Assembly (NCBI GenBank): GCA_964530725.1
Contig: CAZGYV010000004.1
Coordinates: 1 to 55,235 of the forward strand
Reading direction: 5' to 3'
Length of the DNA: 55,235 bases
Source: an uncultured Candidatus Saccharibacteria bacterium
GTDB lineage: Bacteria > Patescibacteriota > Saccharimonadia > CAILAD01 > CAZGYV01
In this document: one piece after another, positions 20,289 through 29,017 of the stretch
Numbering within the stretch: position 1 is the first letter of the stretch
Layout of the letters: the number at the start of each line of letters is the position of its first letter
Translations under genes and position numbers: made by a program
Notes under the pieces: generated by a model
Told to the model about the DNA's origin: nothing
Database searches by the model: none
What the model saw: only the letters and a program-made list of their open reading frames with translations

Positions 20289-20914
20289 TTGAGCGCCTCC
20301 ATCAGCTCACTATAGCGGCTAGCCGGATCGTCGGCCGCAAACAAATAAGTATTAACGCTAATAACATCAAAGTCGGCCGCCGCTATTTTAGATAGGCTAT
20401 CGGCACTAACTCCGCCATCAAGCCCGATCTCAAGTTCCGGCCTAATTTTTCTTGCTTGGCTAGCCTTTTCAAGCACTGCGGGAATTAATTTTTGACCACC
20501 AAAACCTGGCTCAACTCCCATGATCAACAAGTGATCGATCGTGGGCAACAAGTTTTCTACCTCGGCAACTGGCGTTTTGGGGGCGATCGCAAGCCCAGCT
20601 TTGCTGCCAGTCTGCTTGATTTGCGCCAATAGCGGTTCAAGATTTTCTTGGCACTCGAACTCGATAATTACCAAATGTGGCCTCAGCGCCAGAGTCCGTG
20701 GCAGATACTCACTCGGCCGAGCAACCATTAGCTGAATGTCCGCCTTAAGATCGGTTGGCCGGCTGATTTGCGATGGATCGACAGTGCGATTGTCAGCAAA
20801 CTCGCCATCAACGATATCAAGCTGAAAGCGACCAGTCAGCTGGCGCACGATGGCAAGCTTTTTGTCGTATTCTTCTTTACTGCTAACCAAAATTGCCGGC
20901 GTAATCTTTGTCAT
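20285..20914 (-). CDS. rpe: ribulose-phosphate 3-epimerase
   Basis: 209 aa. QLDIVDGEFA, LLIMGVEPGFGGQK and GLDGGV motifs. Confidence 0.85.
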   Translation of the reverse strand: MTKITPAILVSSKEEYDKKLAIVRQLTGRFQLDIVDGEFADNRTVDPSQISRPTDLKADIQLMVARPSEYLPRTLALRPHLVIIEFECQENLEPLLAQIKQTGSKAGLAIAPKTPVAEVENLLPTIDHLLIMGVEPGFGGQKLIPAVLEKASQARKIRPELEIGLDGGVSADSLSKIAAADFDVISVNTYLFAADDPASRYSELMEALK

Positions 20915-21369
20915 GAACGCTTCTCGATTTGACTAATTTCATTGATTCGCCGGCGGTGTCTTTCTTGGCCAGAAAAAGGAGTTTTGAGCCACTTTTTAGC
21001 AACCGCCAGCAACTGCTGTTCATTCAAAAATCGTGATGGCAAGCTTAAAATATTGCTATCATTATCGGCCCGCGTTTCTGCGGCAACTTCCTCGTTCCAC
21101 GCCACTGCCGCCCTGATGCCGACGAGCTTGTTCGCCGCGATCGCCATGCCCTGGCCACTACCACAAACCAACAAGCCTAATGTGCCGGGCGCACCGGTGA
21201 CAGCTTTGGCGACCTTATCAGCATAAACGGGATAGTCATCGGCTGGGTCGAGCTCGCCCGGCCCTAAATCTTCAACTGAATACTCATCACCCAAGGCTTG
21301 CTTGAGAGCATTTTTAGCCTCGAAACCAGCATGATCGCTCGCAATGTAAACTTTCATTTTATTGCTCAC
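20911..21369 (-). CDS. rpiB: ribose-5-phosphate isomerase B
   Basis: 152 aa. IASDHAGFEAK and LVCGSGQGMAIAANK motifs. Confidence 0.88.
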   Translation of the reverse strand: MSNKMKVYIASDHAGFEAKNALKQALGDEYSVEDLGPGELDPADDYPVYADKVAKAVTGAPGTLGLLVCGSGQGMAIAANKLVGIRAAVAWNEEVAAETRADNDSNILSLPSRFLNEQQLLAVAKKWLKTPFSGQERHRRRINEISQIEKRS

Positions 21370-22388
21370 TACTTTTTTATATTTACTGATTGCCCCGCCA
21401 ACGCCACCATTTCAACCAAGCGGTTAGAATAGCCCCATTCGTTGTCGTACCAAGCTACCACCTTTACCATGTTACCACCAACGACATTGGTCAATCTCAG
21501 ATCGGCGATAGACGAATGCGGATCGCCAACAAAGTCTTTGCTCACCAGTTCTTCGTCAGTCCATGCCAAAACACCTTCGAAGCGTTTTTCTTTGGCGGCC
21601 TTTTTAATGGCCTCGTTGACCTGCTCAATAGTGGTGTTTTTCTTAGTCAGGAAAGTAAAATCCGACAGCGATACCACTGGCGACGGCACTCGGATCGAGA
21701 GACCACCGAAGACACCTTTGAGAGCTGGCAGAGCTTTAGCAGCCGCGATTGTCGCGCCAGTCGTCGTCGGTACTATATTCTCAGCCGCCGCGCGCGCCTC
21801 GCGTTTATCTTTGGCCGGACCATCCTGCAGAACCTGACTAGCCGTATAACTGTGCACGGTTGTCATCATAGCTTTTTCGATGCCAAACTGACGCTCGATC
21901 ACGGCTGCTACCGGCGTAATGCAATTGGTCGTACAAGAAGCGTTCGAAATAATTTTAGCGCCAGCCAGCTTGTCTTCATTAACCCCGATCACGTGAGTGG
22001 CCACCTGAGAGTCGTCCCCTTTGGCCGGTGCTGAAATCACCACTCGCTTTGCACCAGCCTTAAGGTGTAGGGCCGCCAGCTCGCCTTTAACAAACCGGCC
22101 GGTCGATTCGATCACCACATCAACACCAAGCTTTTTCCACGGCAACTTATCGGGTTCTTTTTCGGACGTTACCGTAATAGTCTTACCATCAACGATAAGA
22201 CTATTACTATCAAACCCGACTTCATGGCCATAGTGACCGTAGCTCGAATCATACTTTAGTAAATGAGCCAGCATCTCGGTGCTAGTCAAGTCATTAATGG
22301 CAACAATTTCGAGCGCTGGGTTGGCAAAAGCTATTTTAAAAGCATTGCGGCCGATTCGTCCAAAACCATTAATAGCAATACGGGTCAT
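21369..22388 (-). CDS. gap: type I glyceraldehyde-3-phosphate dehydrogenase
   Basis: 339 aa. INGFGRIGRN, active-site SNASCTTNC, WYDNEWGYS. Confidence 0.93.
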   Translation of the reverse strand: MTRIAINGFGRIGRNAFKIAFANPALEIVAINDLTSTEMLAHLLKYDSSYGHYGHEVGFDSNSLIVDGKTITVTSEKEPDKLPWKKLGVDVVIESTGRFVKGELAALHLKAGAKRVVISAPAKGDDSQVATHVIGVNEDKLAGAKIISNASCTTNCITPVAAVIERQFGIEKAMMTTVHSYTASQVLQDGPAKDKREARAAAENIVPTTTGATIAAAKALPALKGVFGGLSIRVPSPVVSLSDFTFLTKKNTTIEQVNEAIKKAAKEKRFEGVLAWTDEELVSKDFVGDPHSSIADLRLTNVVGGNMVKVVAWYDNEWGYSNRLVEMVALAGQSVNIKK

Positions 22389-22499
22389 AAGATGATCCCT
22401 CCTAAATTCTTATGTTATCAGTATAGCTAGTTTCTAGCCCCGCCTCAAGAGTAGCCTTTAGCGCTTTTATTGCAGCTGCCCGCAATAACTAGATAGTTT

Positions 22500-22964
22500 T
22501 TAAGCTTCTTCGGCGTCAAGCTGGCCTTTAAGTTTTTTCGACACCAAGAATAATGCCATTACGAAAATCGCAGTCGACGTAAGTGCCGACAGTAAGCAAT
22601 ACTGACACCAAGCCCTAATCACAAAAGCCTGCAAATACAACAAGTATAATGTTGGTATGAAGCCAGCTAGCCCCAATAGCAGCATCAATTTAGGTCCAGG
22701 TTTATTTGTGAGAAAATATACGCTTGTCAGCAAAACGGTGGCATAAAATAGCACCCCCAGCAGCGCTACTGGCACCCCAGCAACGACAGCGTATTGGCTA
22801 GTCAAAACCTGTTCACAGCCCTGTGAGATGTTACACATCAAGCTACTGCCGCTATAGTGCTTGTAGGTCAAATAAGCCGCGTCAACCAAGCCGATCACGG
22901 CCAGCATCATGATTATTAAATATGGTTTTTTATTGGCCAAGGGCTTTGTCAATTGCGCTCTCAA
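22500..22964 (-). CDS. vitamin K epoxide reductase (VKOR) family membrane protein
   Basis: 154 aa, 4 TM helices. Loop cysteines CNISQGC and a CxxC in the last TM (WCQYC). Overlaps the DsbA-like gene end. Confidence 0.8.
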   Translation of the reverse strand: MRAQLTKPLANKKPYLIIMMLAVIGLVDAAYLTYKHYSGSSLMCNISQGCEQVLTSQYAVVAGVPVALLGVLFYATVLLTSVYFLTNKPGPKLMLLLGLAGFIPTLYLLYLQAFVIRAWCQYCLLSALTSTAIFVMALFLVSKKLKGQLDAEEA

Positions 22965-23616
22965 TATCTTTTATACCGCTCTGCAGATCAACTGGCTGAC
23001 CATTAACATAAAAGCTTGGAGTGCCAGGTATGTTAAGCGATTTACCTAGGTCTAGGTCGGCCTGAATTCTATCTTTGAAGCGCTTAGCCTCGATATCAGA
23101 CCGAAATTTATCGACGTTAAGCCCCAATTCTTGGGCGTAGGCAATAAATTTGTCGTTCGGGCTAGCTGATTCTGACCATTCGTTTTGCTTTTCGTAAATC
23201 AAATCATGCATTGGCCAATACTGCCCTTGTGCTCCGGCAGCCTCAGCAGCTTGAGCAGCCGGCCAAGAATTTTTGTGCATTTCAAGTGGAAAGTTTTTAA
23301 AAACAAATAATATTTTATCGCCATACTTGGGCAACAATTGCTCATTAATTTGCGGACTAATCCGCGCGCAAGCCGGGCACTGAAAATCACCAAATTCAGT
23401 CACTACCACCTTAGCCTGATCATTGCCGCGGCTCCAGCCGGTTTTGAGAGCTTTTTGCTGCTCTTCGGTAGCAGCCGAGCTATCCTGATCGGTTTCAGTC
23501 GATTGCGTCGATTGTTGCGACCCGTCATTTTTCGGTGATGAAGCTGCCCAAATCACGAATCCAATTATGATTGCGACAGCCGCGCCAACGATTATGGTCG
23601 GTAAATACTTTTTCAT
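22930..23616 (-). CDS. DsbA-family thiol:disulfide oxidoreductase (anchored/secreted)
   Basis: 228 aa. N-terminal TM helix and FGDFQCPAC active site. Confidence 0.85.
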   Translation of the reverse strand: MKKYLPTIIVGAAVAIIIGFVIWAASSPKNDGSQQSTQSTETDQDSSAATEEQQKALKTGWSRGNDQAKVVVTEFGDFQCPACARISPQINEQLLPKYGDKILFVFKNFPLEMHKNSWPAAQAAEAAGAQGQYWPMHDLIYEKQNEWSESASPNDKFIAYAQELGLNVDKFRSDIEAKRFKDRIQADLDLGKSLNIPGTPSFYVNGQPVDLQSGIKDIESAIDKALGQ

Positions 23617-23647
23617 GAATAGTATTGTATCAGATGGGAAGCGCGAA

Positions 23648-23926
23648 TTAAAGACTGTTCAAGTCCGCGTCAATAGCGTTTAAGTCGCTGTCGAGCTGAG
23701 CGGTCGACTCGCTGTCCAGTTCTTTTATACTAGTATCAACATCGGAGGCCGAGGTGATCTGGCTAACTTGGGGAGCCGCAGCGACACTCGGCGTAGCCTG
23801 AGTGTTGACCGCCGTCTGATTGCTACTAGGCTTTTGCCGGGCATACCAAACCGCGCCGGCGACGAACAAAAGTATGACGGAGACAAGCACCAGTTCGATA
23901 ATCATTGAGCCTTGTTGTTTTTTCAT
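23648..23926 (-). CDS. small protein with a type IV prepilin-like N-terminus
   Basis: MKKQQG|SMIIELVLVSVILLFV has Gly at -1 and Glu at +5, followed by a hydrophobic helix. The remainder is S/T/A/Q-rich and acidic. Confidence 0.55.
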   Translation of the reverse strand: MKKQQGSMIIELVLVSVILLFVAGAVWYARQKPSSNQTAVNTQATPSVAAAPQVSQITSASDVDTSIKELDSESTAQLDSDLNAIDADLNSL

Positions 23927-23943
23927 CGCATCTTCTCCTTAAA

Positions 23944-24618
23944 CTACCTATTACTCGAGTTTTGACCGACTGACTCTGACTGAAGTTGATCCTGAGCGGC
24001 TGTTTTGACGGCTCGCAAAAAAGTTTTGACTGAATCCCGATAAGCTTTTATTGCCGCCTTATATGCCTCAACCTGTTCACGAACCGCCGCTTGCTGTACC
24101 TTACGCCCCTCGCTCTCGCAATCAAAGCCAGAAACCGCGCTGGCTATTTGTTCGCGTGCGGTAGCGACGGATTGCTTGCGGCTGGCGATATCGGACAAGA
24201 GACCGTCGTAGCCCGCGACTGTCAAATTATTCTTCGCAACGAAGCTTTTGGCATTCTCAACCCTCCTATCGATGCGGCTCGATATCTGTTCGGCAACGGT
24301 TTTAATATGCTCATGGCGAGTTTTAAATTTTTCACGGTAACGTTCGCAGATCTTTTGCTTGGCTTCAGCCTGTTTTGTCTCAGCTGCCTGCTTGGCCTCA
24401 TCGAGCTTTTTCTGGTTTTGCTGGATCTTTTCCTGACGCTTCTTTTCAAGCTCGCGTTGCTTTTCTTGTGCCTGCTTCTGTGTCTCTTGCTGTACTTCTA
24501 GTGCTGAATGACTATCGGCCTCGTGAGCCTGTGCTAAAGTAGTGCCGGTGGTCACCACCGCGGCAAGCGTAACAATGAATAACAGTGTTAATGCAAGCCA
24601 TTTTTTACCGCCAATCAT
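23944..24618 (-). CDS. secreted coiled-coil protein (K/Q/E-rich), function unknown
   Basis: 224 aa. Signal-peptide-like N-terminus (...TTLAQAHEAD) and long charged heptad-like stretches. Confidence 0.6.
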   Translation of the reverse strand: MIGGKKWLALTLLFIVTLAAVVTTGTTLAQAHEADSHSALEVQQETQKQAQEKQRELEKKRQEKIQQNQKKLDEAKQAAETKQAEAKQKICERYREKFKTRHEHIKTVAEQISSRIDRRVENAKSFVAKNNLTVAGYDGLLSDIASRKQSVATAREQIASAVSGFDCESEGRKVQQAAVREQVEAYKAAIKAYRDSVKTFLRAVKTAAQDQLQSESVGQNSSNR

Positions 24619-24673
24619 AAAAAAACACCTTAATTTATAAGGCTTATTATAATTGCTTATGCTTGATAGTCAA

Positions 24674-24847
24674 CTAACCAAGTTTTACTTTGGATTCGAC
24701 AAAAGTTCCAATCTTGCGCGTCACGCGATCGTATTTTTTAAGCTTGATCGGATCAGGACTTTGGATAGAATTCTTACGCGTATAATAAAGCGTACCTGTG
24801 TCAGGGTTTTTGAGTACTATTAGCTGTCGGTTGCTTTTCTTTGCCAT
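24674..24847 (-). CDS. rpmG: 50S ribosomal protein L33
   Basis: Below the ORF-track cutoff. Hand translation gives MAKKSNRQLIVLKNPDTGTLYYTRKNSIQSPDPIKLKKYDRVTRKIGTFVESKVKLG, which fits the L33 pattern (G..YYT.KN......KL.LKKYD...RK...F.E.K). Confidence 0.85.
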   Translation of the reverse strand: MAKKSNRQLIVLKNPDTGTLYYTRKNSIQSPDPIKLKKYDRVTRKIGTFVESKVKLG

Positions 24848-24874
24848 AATCTGTTTATACTAGCAGAAATCACC

Positions 24875-25681
24875 TCAGACTTCAAGAGTGATAGATACCG
24901 GACAGTGATCTGAGCCCATGACCTCAGGATGAATATCGGCTGAGATCACCTTGTCGGCCAATGAACTCGATACCAACACATAATCAATGCGCCAGCCGAC
25001 GTTGCGCGCCCGAGCATTGGCCCAATGCGTCCACCAGGTGTAAAAGCCCGGCCCTTGGTGAAAAAGCCGCAGCGTGTCCACAAAGCCAGCCTTGATGAAA
25101 TTGTCAAACCCTTGCCGCTCTTCGGCGGTGAAGCCTTTTTTACCAACGTTTTCCTTCGGTCGTGCCAAATCGTCCTCGGTATGCGCGACATTGAGATCAC
25201 CGCAGAAAACAACCGGTTTTCGTTTTTCCAAAGCCTTACAATAGTCCAAAAAAGCCGGATCCCAGTGTTCAGACCGCAATGGTATACGCGACAAATCATC
25301 CTTAGCATTAGGCGTGTAGACGGTCACGACGAAAAATTTCTCATACTCGGCCGTTATGACTCGGCCCTCACTAGCCGCGTCACGAGTCTGCTCGTCAATA
25401 AAATTATATTTGCCGCTGAGCTCAATCGAAAAACCATTGGTTACTTCAATTGGCTCGGGACGAGTAAAAATTGCCGTGCCTGAATAGCCTTTTTTATCGG
25501 CCGAATGCCAGTATTCACGGTACTGCGGCAGGTCTATCTCAGCCTGCCCCTGCTCGGCCTTGGTCTCTTGCAAGCACAGTATATCCGGAGCATGCTGCTC
25601 GACAAAGGGCAAAAACGCTTCTTTGCGAATTACCGCTCGAATACCGTTAACATTCCATGAGTAAATTTTAATCCTTGACAT
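24875..25681 (-). CDS. xth: exodeoxyribonuclease III (AP endonuclease)
   Basis: 268 aa. SWNVNGIRA, LCLQETK, GDLNVAH and SDHCPV motifs. Confidence 0.9.
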   Translation of the reverse strand: MSRIKIYSWNVNGIRAVIRKEAFLPFVEQHAPDILCLQETKAEQGQAEIDLPQYREYWHSADKKGYSGTAIFTRPEPIEVTNGFSIELSGKYNFIDEQTRDAASEGRVITAEYEKFFVVTVYTPNAKDDLSRIPLRSEHWDPAFLDYCKALEKRKPVVFCGDLNVAHTEDDLARPKENVGKKGFTAEERQGFDNFIKAGFVDTLRLFHQGPGFYTWWTHWANARARNVGWRIDYVLVSSSLADKVISADIHPEVMGSDHCPVSITLEV

Positions 25682-25815
25682 AGCTACCTAATATTATATC
25701 TCAAGTCACGAAGTATAGGCACAAAAAAACAGATGGTCCGCTTAAAATTTATTTCGACCACCTGTTTTATAAAGTATCTGAACTGTTCAAAACATCATCC
25801 TTTCTGTTTATATTT

Positions 25816-25965
25816 TTACTTTTTTAATGCCAAGTCCTTAGTGCTGGTTTTTTCCGCCTTTAGGGCCCATTTGATAGCCATTTCGTCCAATATTTCGTCC
25901 AATGTCCTCGCGCTGTATACTCGGTTCTTTGGTCCGTGCTTATCTTTCTTAAGGTGACGACGCAT
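25816..25965 (-). CDS. hypothetical small basic protein (49 aa)
   Basis: Hand-found. GGAGGTGA Shine-Dalgarno lies about 8-10 nt before ATG 25963-25965. Translation is MRRHLKKDKHGPKNRVYSARTLDEILDEMAIKWALKAEKTSTKDLALKK. Confidence 0.4.
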   Translation of the reverse strand: MRRHLKKDKHGPKNRVYSARTLDEILDEMAIKWALKAEKTSTKDLALKK

Positions 25966-26081
25966 TCACTTATCACCTCCCCTCTCATGTTATGACTTCA
26001 CTATACGTTCTAACTCATACATAACGCAGTAATTTTTCTCACATAACTAGTTTTATATTTGAGACCAAAAAATAACTAGTG

Positions 26082-26130
26082 AAAAACAAAAAAGCCTTCG
26101 GCGCGCCCGCTATCCCTCGCTCCGAAAGCT
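26082..26130 (-). terminator. rho-independent terminator of the 26183 gene
   Basis: On the minus strand: aagctttcgg...ccgaaggctt, a 9-bp stem with one G-U (it would be C-A on the plus strand), followed by TTTTTTGTTTTT. Confidence 0.7.
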
Positions 26131-26182
26131 TATGTCTCGCATGATACATCACTTCAAGCCTTACGCGCAGTTAAATTTTTAA

Positions 26183-26521
26183 CTACTTAGGCTCTTTTTC
26201 GGTCGAATTATTATTAGCTACCGACTTGGCAAATAGCTTACGGAGTAAAGTAGCCAAGTATAGACCAACGGTCAACAATAATGCGTAAATCGCAAAGTAA
26301 ACGGCTGTAAATATATTGATGGGGCATTTATTCGCCATACTAGCACCATGCAGTGCCTTTACCAGCTCTTGATCAGCTGGCGTGATATAGCCAAATGGAT
26401 TAATTAAATCATAGCGGCACAAGCTTATCGAGCCCTTACCACGCATAGCAATCACGGTTAACACTGCCACCAGGACAATTTCTAAACCAATCAAGAAGTA
26501 GAAAAATTTTCGAGCGGTCAT
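26183..26521 (-). CDS. hypothetical membrane protein (112 aa)
   Basis: Two or three hydrophobic helices. No family recognised. Confidence 0.55.
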   Translation of the reverse strand: MTARKFFYFLIGLEIVLVAVLTVIAMRGKGSISLCRYDLINPFGYITPADQELVKALHGASMANKCPINIFTAVYFAIYALLLTVGLYLATLLRKLFAKSVANNNSTEKEPK

Positions 26522-26563
26522 TTATTTAATGATACGGGCTCTCGAAAGAAAAACCAAATAAAC

Positions 26564-27598
26564 TTATTGGATCCAGACTGGATTAAACTGGGAAAAATTG
26601 TTGTTACTAGAAAAAGCCGGATTAGTCGGGATCAAATCGACTAACACTTTAAACTCTTCCCCGGCGCTATTGATTTGATACATAACCTCGCCATACTTAT
26701 CACCCTTGACTACAGCCCCGCTCATGATCAAATACTTACCGTCCGGCGAAAAAGTACCATCGAGCATATAAACCCCCGTGTTCATCGAGCCCGGAAAGCG
26801 GATGTCAGGGCTATAGCCAGCCGCGCCAAGTCGTGCCACAATATTATCTTTTAGATCGGCTTCTTGCTTGCCAGACTCTAAATTAAATATCTTGTGACGT
26901 TCAAAACTAGCCACCCGGCGACCGTCTGATGTCAGGGCTATATGCAAACTACCGGAGTCTTTGATTGTTTTAATCTCTTTTTTCTGGTCAAGATCATAAA
27001 TGTGCACGTCCACGCTACCTTTGGCCGGAAATGAGCTGTAGGCTATTTTATTAGCGTGATCAAACCACTCTGGCGAACCCTCATTTTCGTTCGATGGACT
27101 AATGCGAGTGAATTTACCAGTACCGAGATCGACAACATACACGTTCAGGTCTTTGGGCGGATTATCGGCCGATTGACTGGCTTGCACCGCGACTTTCTTG
27201 CCATCCGGTGAGAATGTTGGCCGACTGATCGAATACAAACCCGCCACCGCTATTGTCTTTTTATCACCATTACTATTTACCAACGTCAATTCATTGCCGT
27301 TTGGATAAATTGCCCGATCAGCTCTTACGTCGAAGCCGCCTGGATTTAGGATAATCTCGCGCGGCAGTTGCCCATTATACTTGGCGAGCTTAGCACGGGC
27401 ATTGTCCATATTGGGCAAACGATAGTAGACGCCACCACTAAAAGGCTTGGCTTTTTTCAGGAAGCGGTCGCTCGCCACATTCGTGGGTGACATATTATTA
27501 ATCTGCCAAACCGCGAAACTTATCAGGGCGACAAAAGCAGCTAGCCCTGCCACGACTACTATTAATTTCTTCTTGCCGAGTTTTTTTAAGATCTGCAA
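26564..27598 (-). CDS. anchored TolB-like beta-propeller (PD40/WD40-like repeat) protein
   Basis: 344 aa. N-terminal TM helix and repeated FSPDGKK/FSPDGKY, TSDGRR strings typical of PD40 repeats. Confidence 0.7.
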   Translation of the reverse strand: MQILKKLGKKKLIVVVAGLAAFVALISFAVWQINNMSPTNVASDRFLKKAKPFSGGVYYRLPNMDNARAKLAKYNGQLPREIILNPGGFDVRADRAIYPNGNELTLVNSNGDKKTIAVAGLYSISRPTFSPDGKKVAVQASQSADNPPKDLNVYVVDLGTGKFTRISPSNENEGSPEWFDHANKIAYSSFPAKGSVDVHIYDLDQKKEIKTIKDSGSLHIALTSDGRRVASFERHKIFNLESGKQEADLKDNIVARLGAAGYSPDIRFPGSMNTGVYMLDGTFSPDGKYLIMSGAVVKGDKYGEVMYQINSAGEEFKVLVDLIPTNPAFSSNNNFSQFNPVWIQ

Positions 27599-27705
27599 AA
27601 CACATCCTTTCCTGTATAACTAACTCAAAAAGGCAACTACAAAAACTTCGTCTGATTATAGGGCATCTGGTTTACTTTGAGAACCTTGAGCTTTTTAGAG
27701 GCTGG

Positions 27706-27963
27706 CTATTTGATAGCGCCCTCGTCAATCAGCAGCTGGCGCTTTTTCGCTTCGCCACCGCGGTTGTATGCACCGAGCGAGCCGTCGGCGCGAATCACCC
27801 GATGGCAAGGCACAGAAGCGTCGAAATTGTTCGCCATCAGCGTGCCGACCGCCCGCGCCGCGCCAGGATGTCCAGTGGCGGCAGCCACCTCGCCGTAGCT
27901 CATCGTCTGGCCACGCGGTATAGCCCGCACGACTTCGTGTACTCTATTGGCAAATTCACTCAT
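27706..27963 (-). CDS. ogt: methylated-DNA-protein-cysteine methyltransferase, catalytic domain only (85 aa)
   Basis: IPRGQTMSYGEVA and active-site PCHRVI motifs. No N-terminal domain. Confidence 0.85.
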   Translation of the reverse strand: MSEFANRVHEVVRAIPRGQTMSYGEVAAATGHPGAARAVGTLMANNFDASVPCHRVIRADGSLGAYNRGGEAKKRQLLIDEGAIK

Positions 27964-28532
27964 ATTTTTACCCCAATACTTGCTAAATCTTTCCTCAACT
28001 CTTCTATCCCATTATATACCACACCCCTCATGCCAAGCTTTCGGGCAGGCGCCACATTGGCAGGATTGTCGTCGATGAAGACAATCTGATCAGGTCTTAC
28101 GCCGAGCCTATCAATCGCGATCTGGTATATCTGCGGCTGCGGCTTGATAAAGCCGACCTCACCTGAGACGACCACCTCATCAAAAATATGACGAATATGA
28201 AATTGATCAAATGCTATTTCGAGCCAATCAGTACTCGAATTTGTCACTAGTCCAATCTTGTAATACTTTTTGAGCCGAATAATATAATCCAAAAGCTCAG
28301 CATCAAGATCGGTATTTTGGCGAAAGTCACGCTCGATTTTACTTGCGGGTTGACCCGACAATTCGGCAAGACCGGTGAAAAAATCCGCCATGTTAATCTT
28401 GCCGCTATCGGTCCGACGGCCCAAATCAGCAAATTTTCCGACCCGTTTGAACTTGTTGTCACTCAACCAATGCTGATACTGGTCGACACAAATCACACCG
28501 AAAAAATCAAACAGGATCGCGGATATTCGCAC
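27960..28532 (-). CDS. HAD-superfamily hydrolase
   Basis: 190 aa. Motif I-like ILFDFFGV, LVTNS and FIDDNPANV. The second Asp of DxD is Phe. Confidence 0.75.
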   Translation of the reverse strand: MRISAILFDFFGVICVDQYQHWLSDNKFKRVGKFADLGRRTDSGKINMADFFTGLAELSGQPASKIERDFRQNTDLDAELLDYIIRLKKYYKIGLVTNSSTDWLEIAFDQFHIRHIFDEVVVSGEVGFIKPQPQIYQIAIDRLGVRPDQIVFIDDNPANVAPARKLGMRGVVYNGIEELRKDLASIGVKI

Positions 28533-28539
28533 GTAGATT

Positions 28540-28947
28540 TTACATCCAAGTAGCTAAAATAGCTGCCATCACCACAATCGCCACTAGATTGTAAGTCATA
28601 TTCAAAACATACAGCTTACCTGGGCGGCCAGCAAATATTGTCTCACCAACACCGGTCGTAATTGAAAACCCAGCCCACAGCCAGAAGCCAAGCTGCGCGC
28701 CAGCCAAAACTGTATCGGCTCCGAGATAATCGACGAAGTGAGCCAGCACATAAGCAATCAAAAGGGCAGCGACAAATGTCAAGCCATAGCCATTAGCGGC
28801 ATTGCCGCGTAAATTATCGCGATGCGGACCAACTAGCTTTTGCCAAGTTCTGCCAAACAAAACTGGTGAATACCACAGCGCGCCTATCACCATGTAAACA
28901 ACGGCCGCCACAAAGACCGCCAGATAATTAATATTTGCTTGTAGCAT
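28540..28947 (-). CDS. DUF1761-like membrane protein
   Basis: 135 aa, 4 TM helices. GALWYSPVLFGRTWQKL string as recalled for DUF1761. Confidence 0.6.
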   Translation of the reverse strand: MLQANINYLAVFVAAVVYMVIGALWYSPVLFGRTWQKLVGPHRDNLRGNAANGYGLTFVAALLIAYVLAHFVDYLGADTVLAGAQLGFWLWAGFSITTGVGETIFAGRPGKLYVLNMTYNLVAIVVMAAILATWM

Positions 28948-29017
28948 GCGAAGTCTCCTTAATATAACTTAGTTGAATAATACGGCTAAAACGCTTATGT
29001 TGGCAAGCAAAATAACC

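Noticed and set aside
19579-20292. 237-aa plus-strand ORF opposite the transketolase N-subunit. Similar long shadow ORFs lie at 21390-22034 (opposite gap), 49289-49963 and 50202-50783 (within nrdJ), 34616-35056, 38644-39093, and the 53462-54368 cluster
   Set aside because: Each overlaps a CDS with strong family motifs on the other strand or frame. None has a recognisable domain or ribosome-binding site.
25733-25957. 74-aa plus-strand ORF in the gap upstream of xth. The 99-aa plus-strand ORF at 15040-15339, overlapping the glutaredoxin-like gene, is a similar case
   Set aside because: Neither has a Shine-Dalgarno, and both have a Phe/Leu/Ser-rich composition. The first is antisense to a 49-aa ORF that does have a strong GGAGGTGA site. 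The second overlaps a CDS with a clear CxxC redoxin motif.
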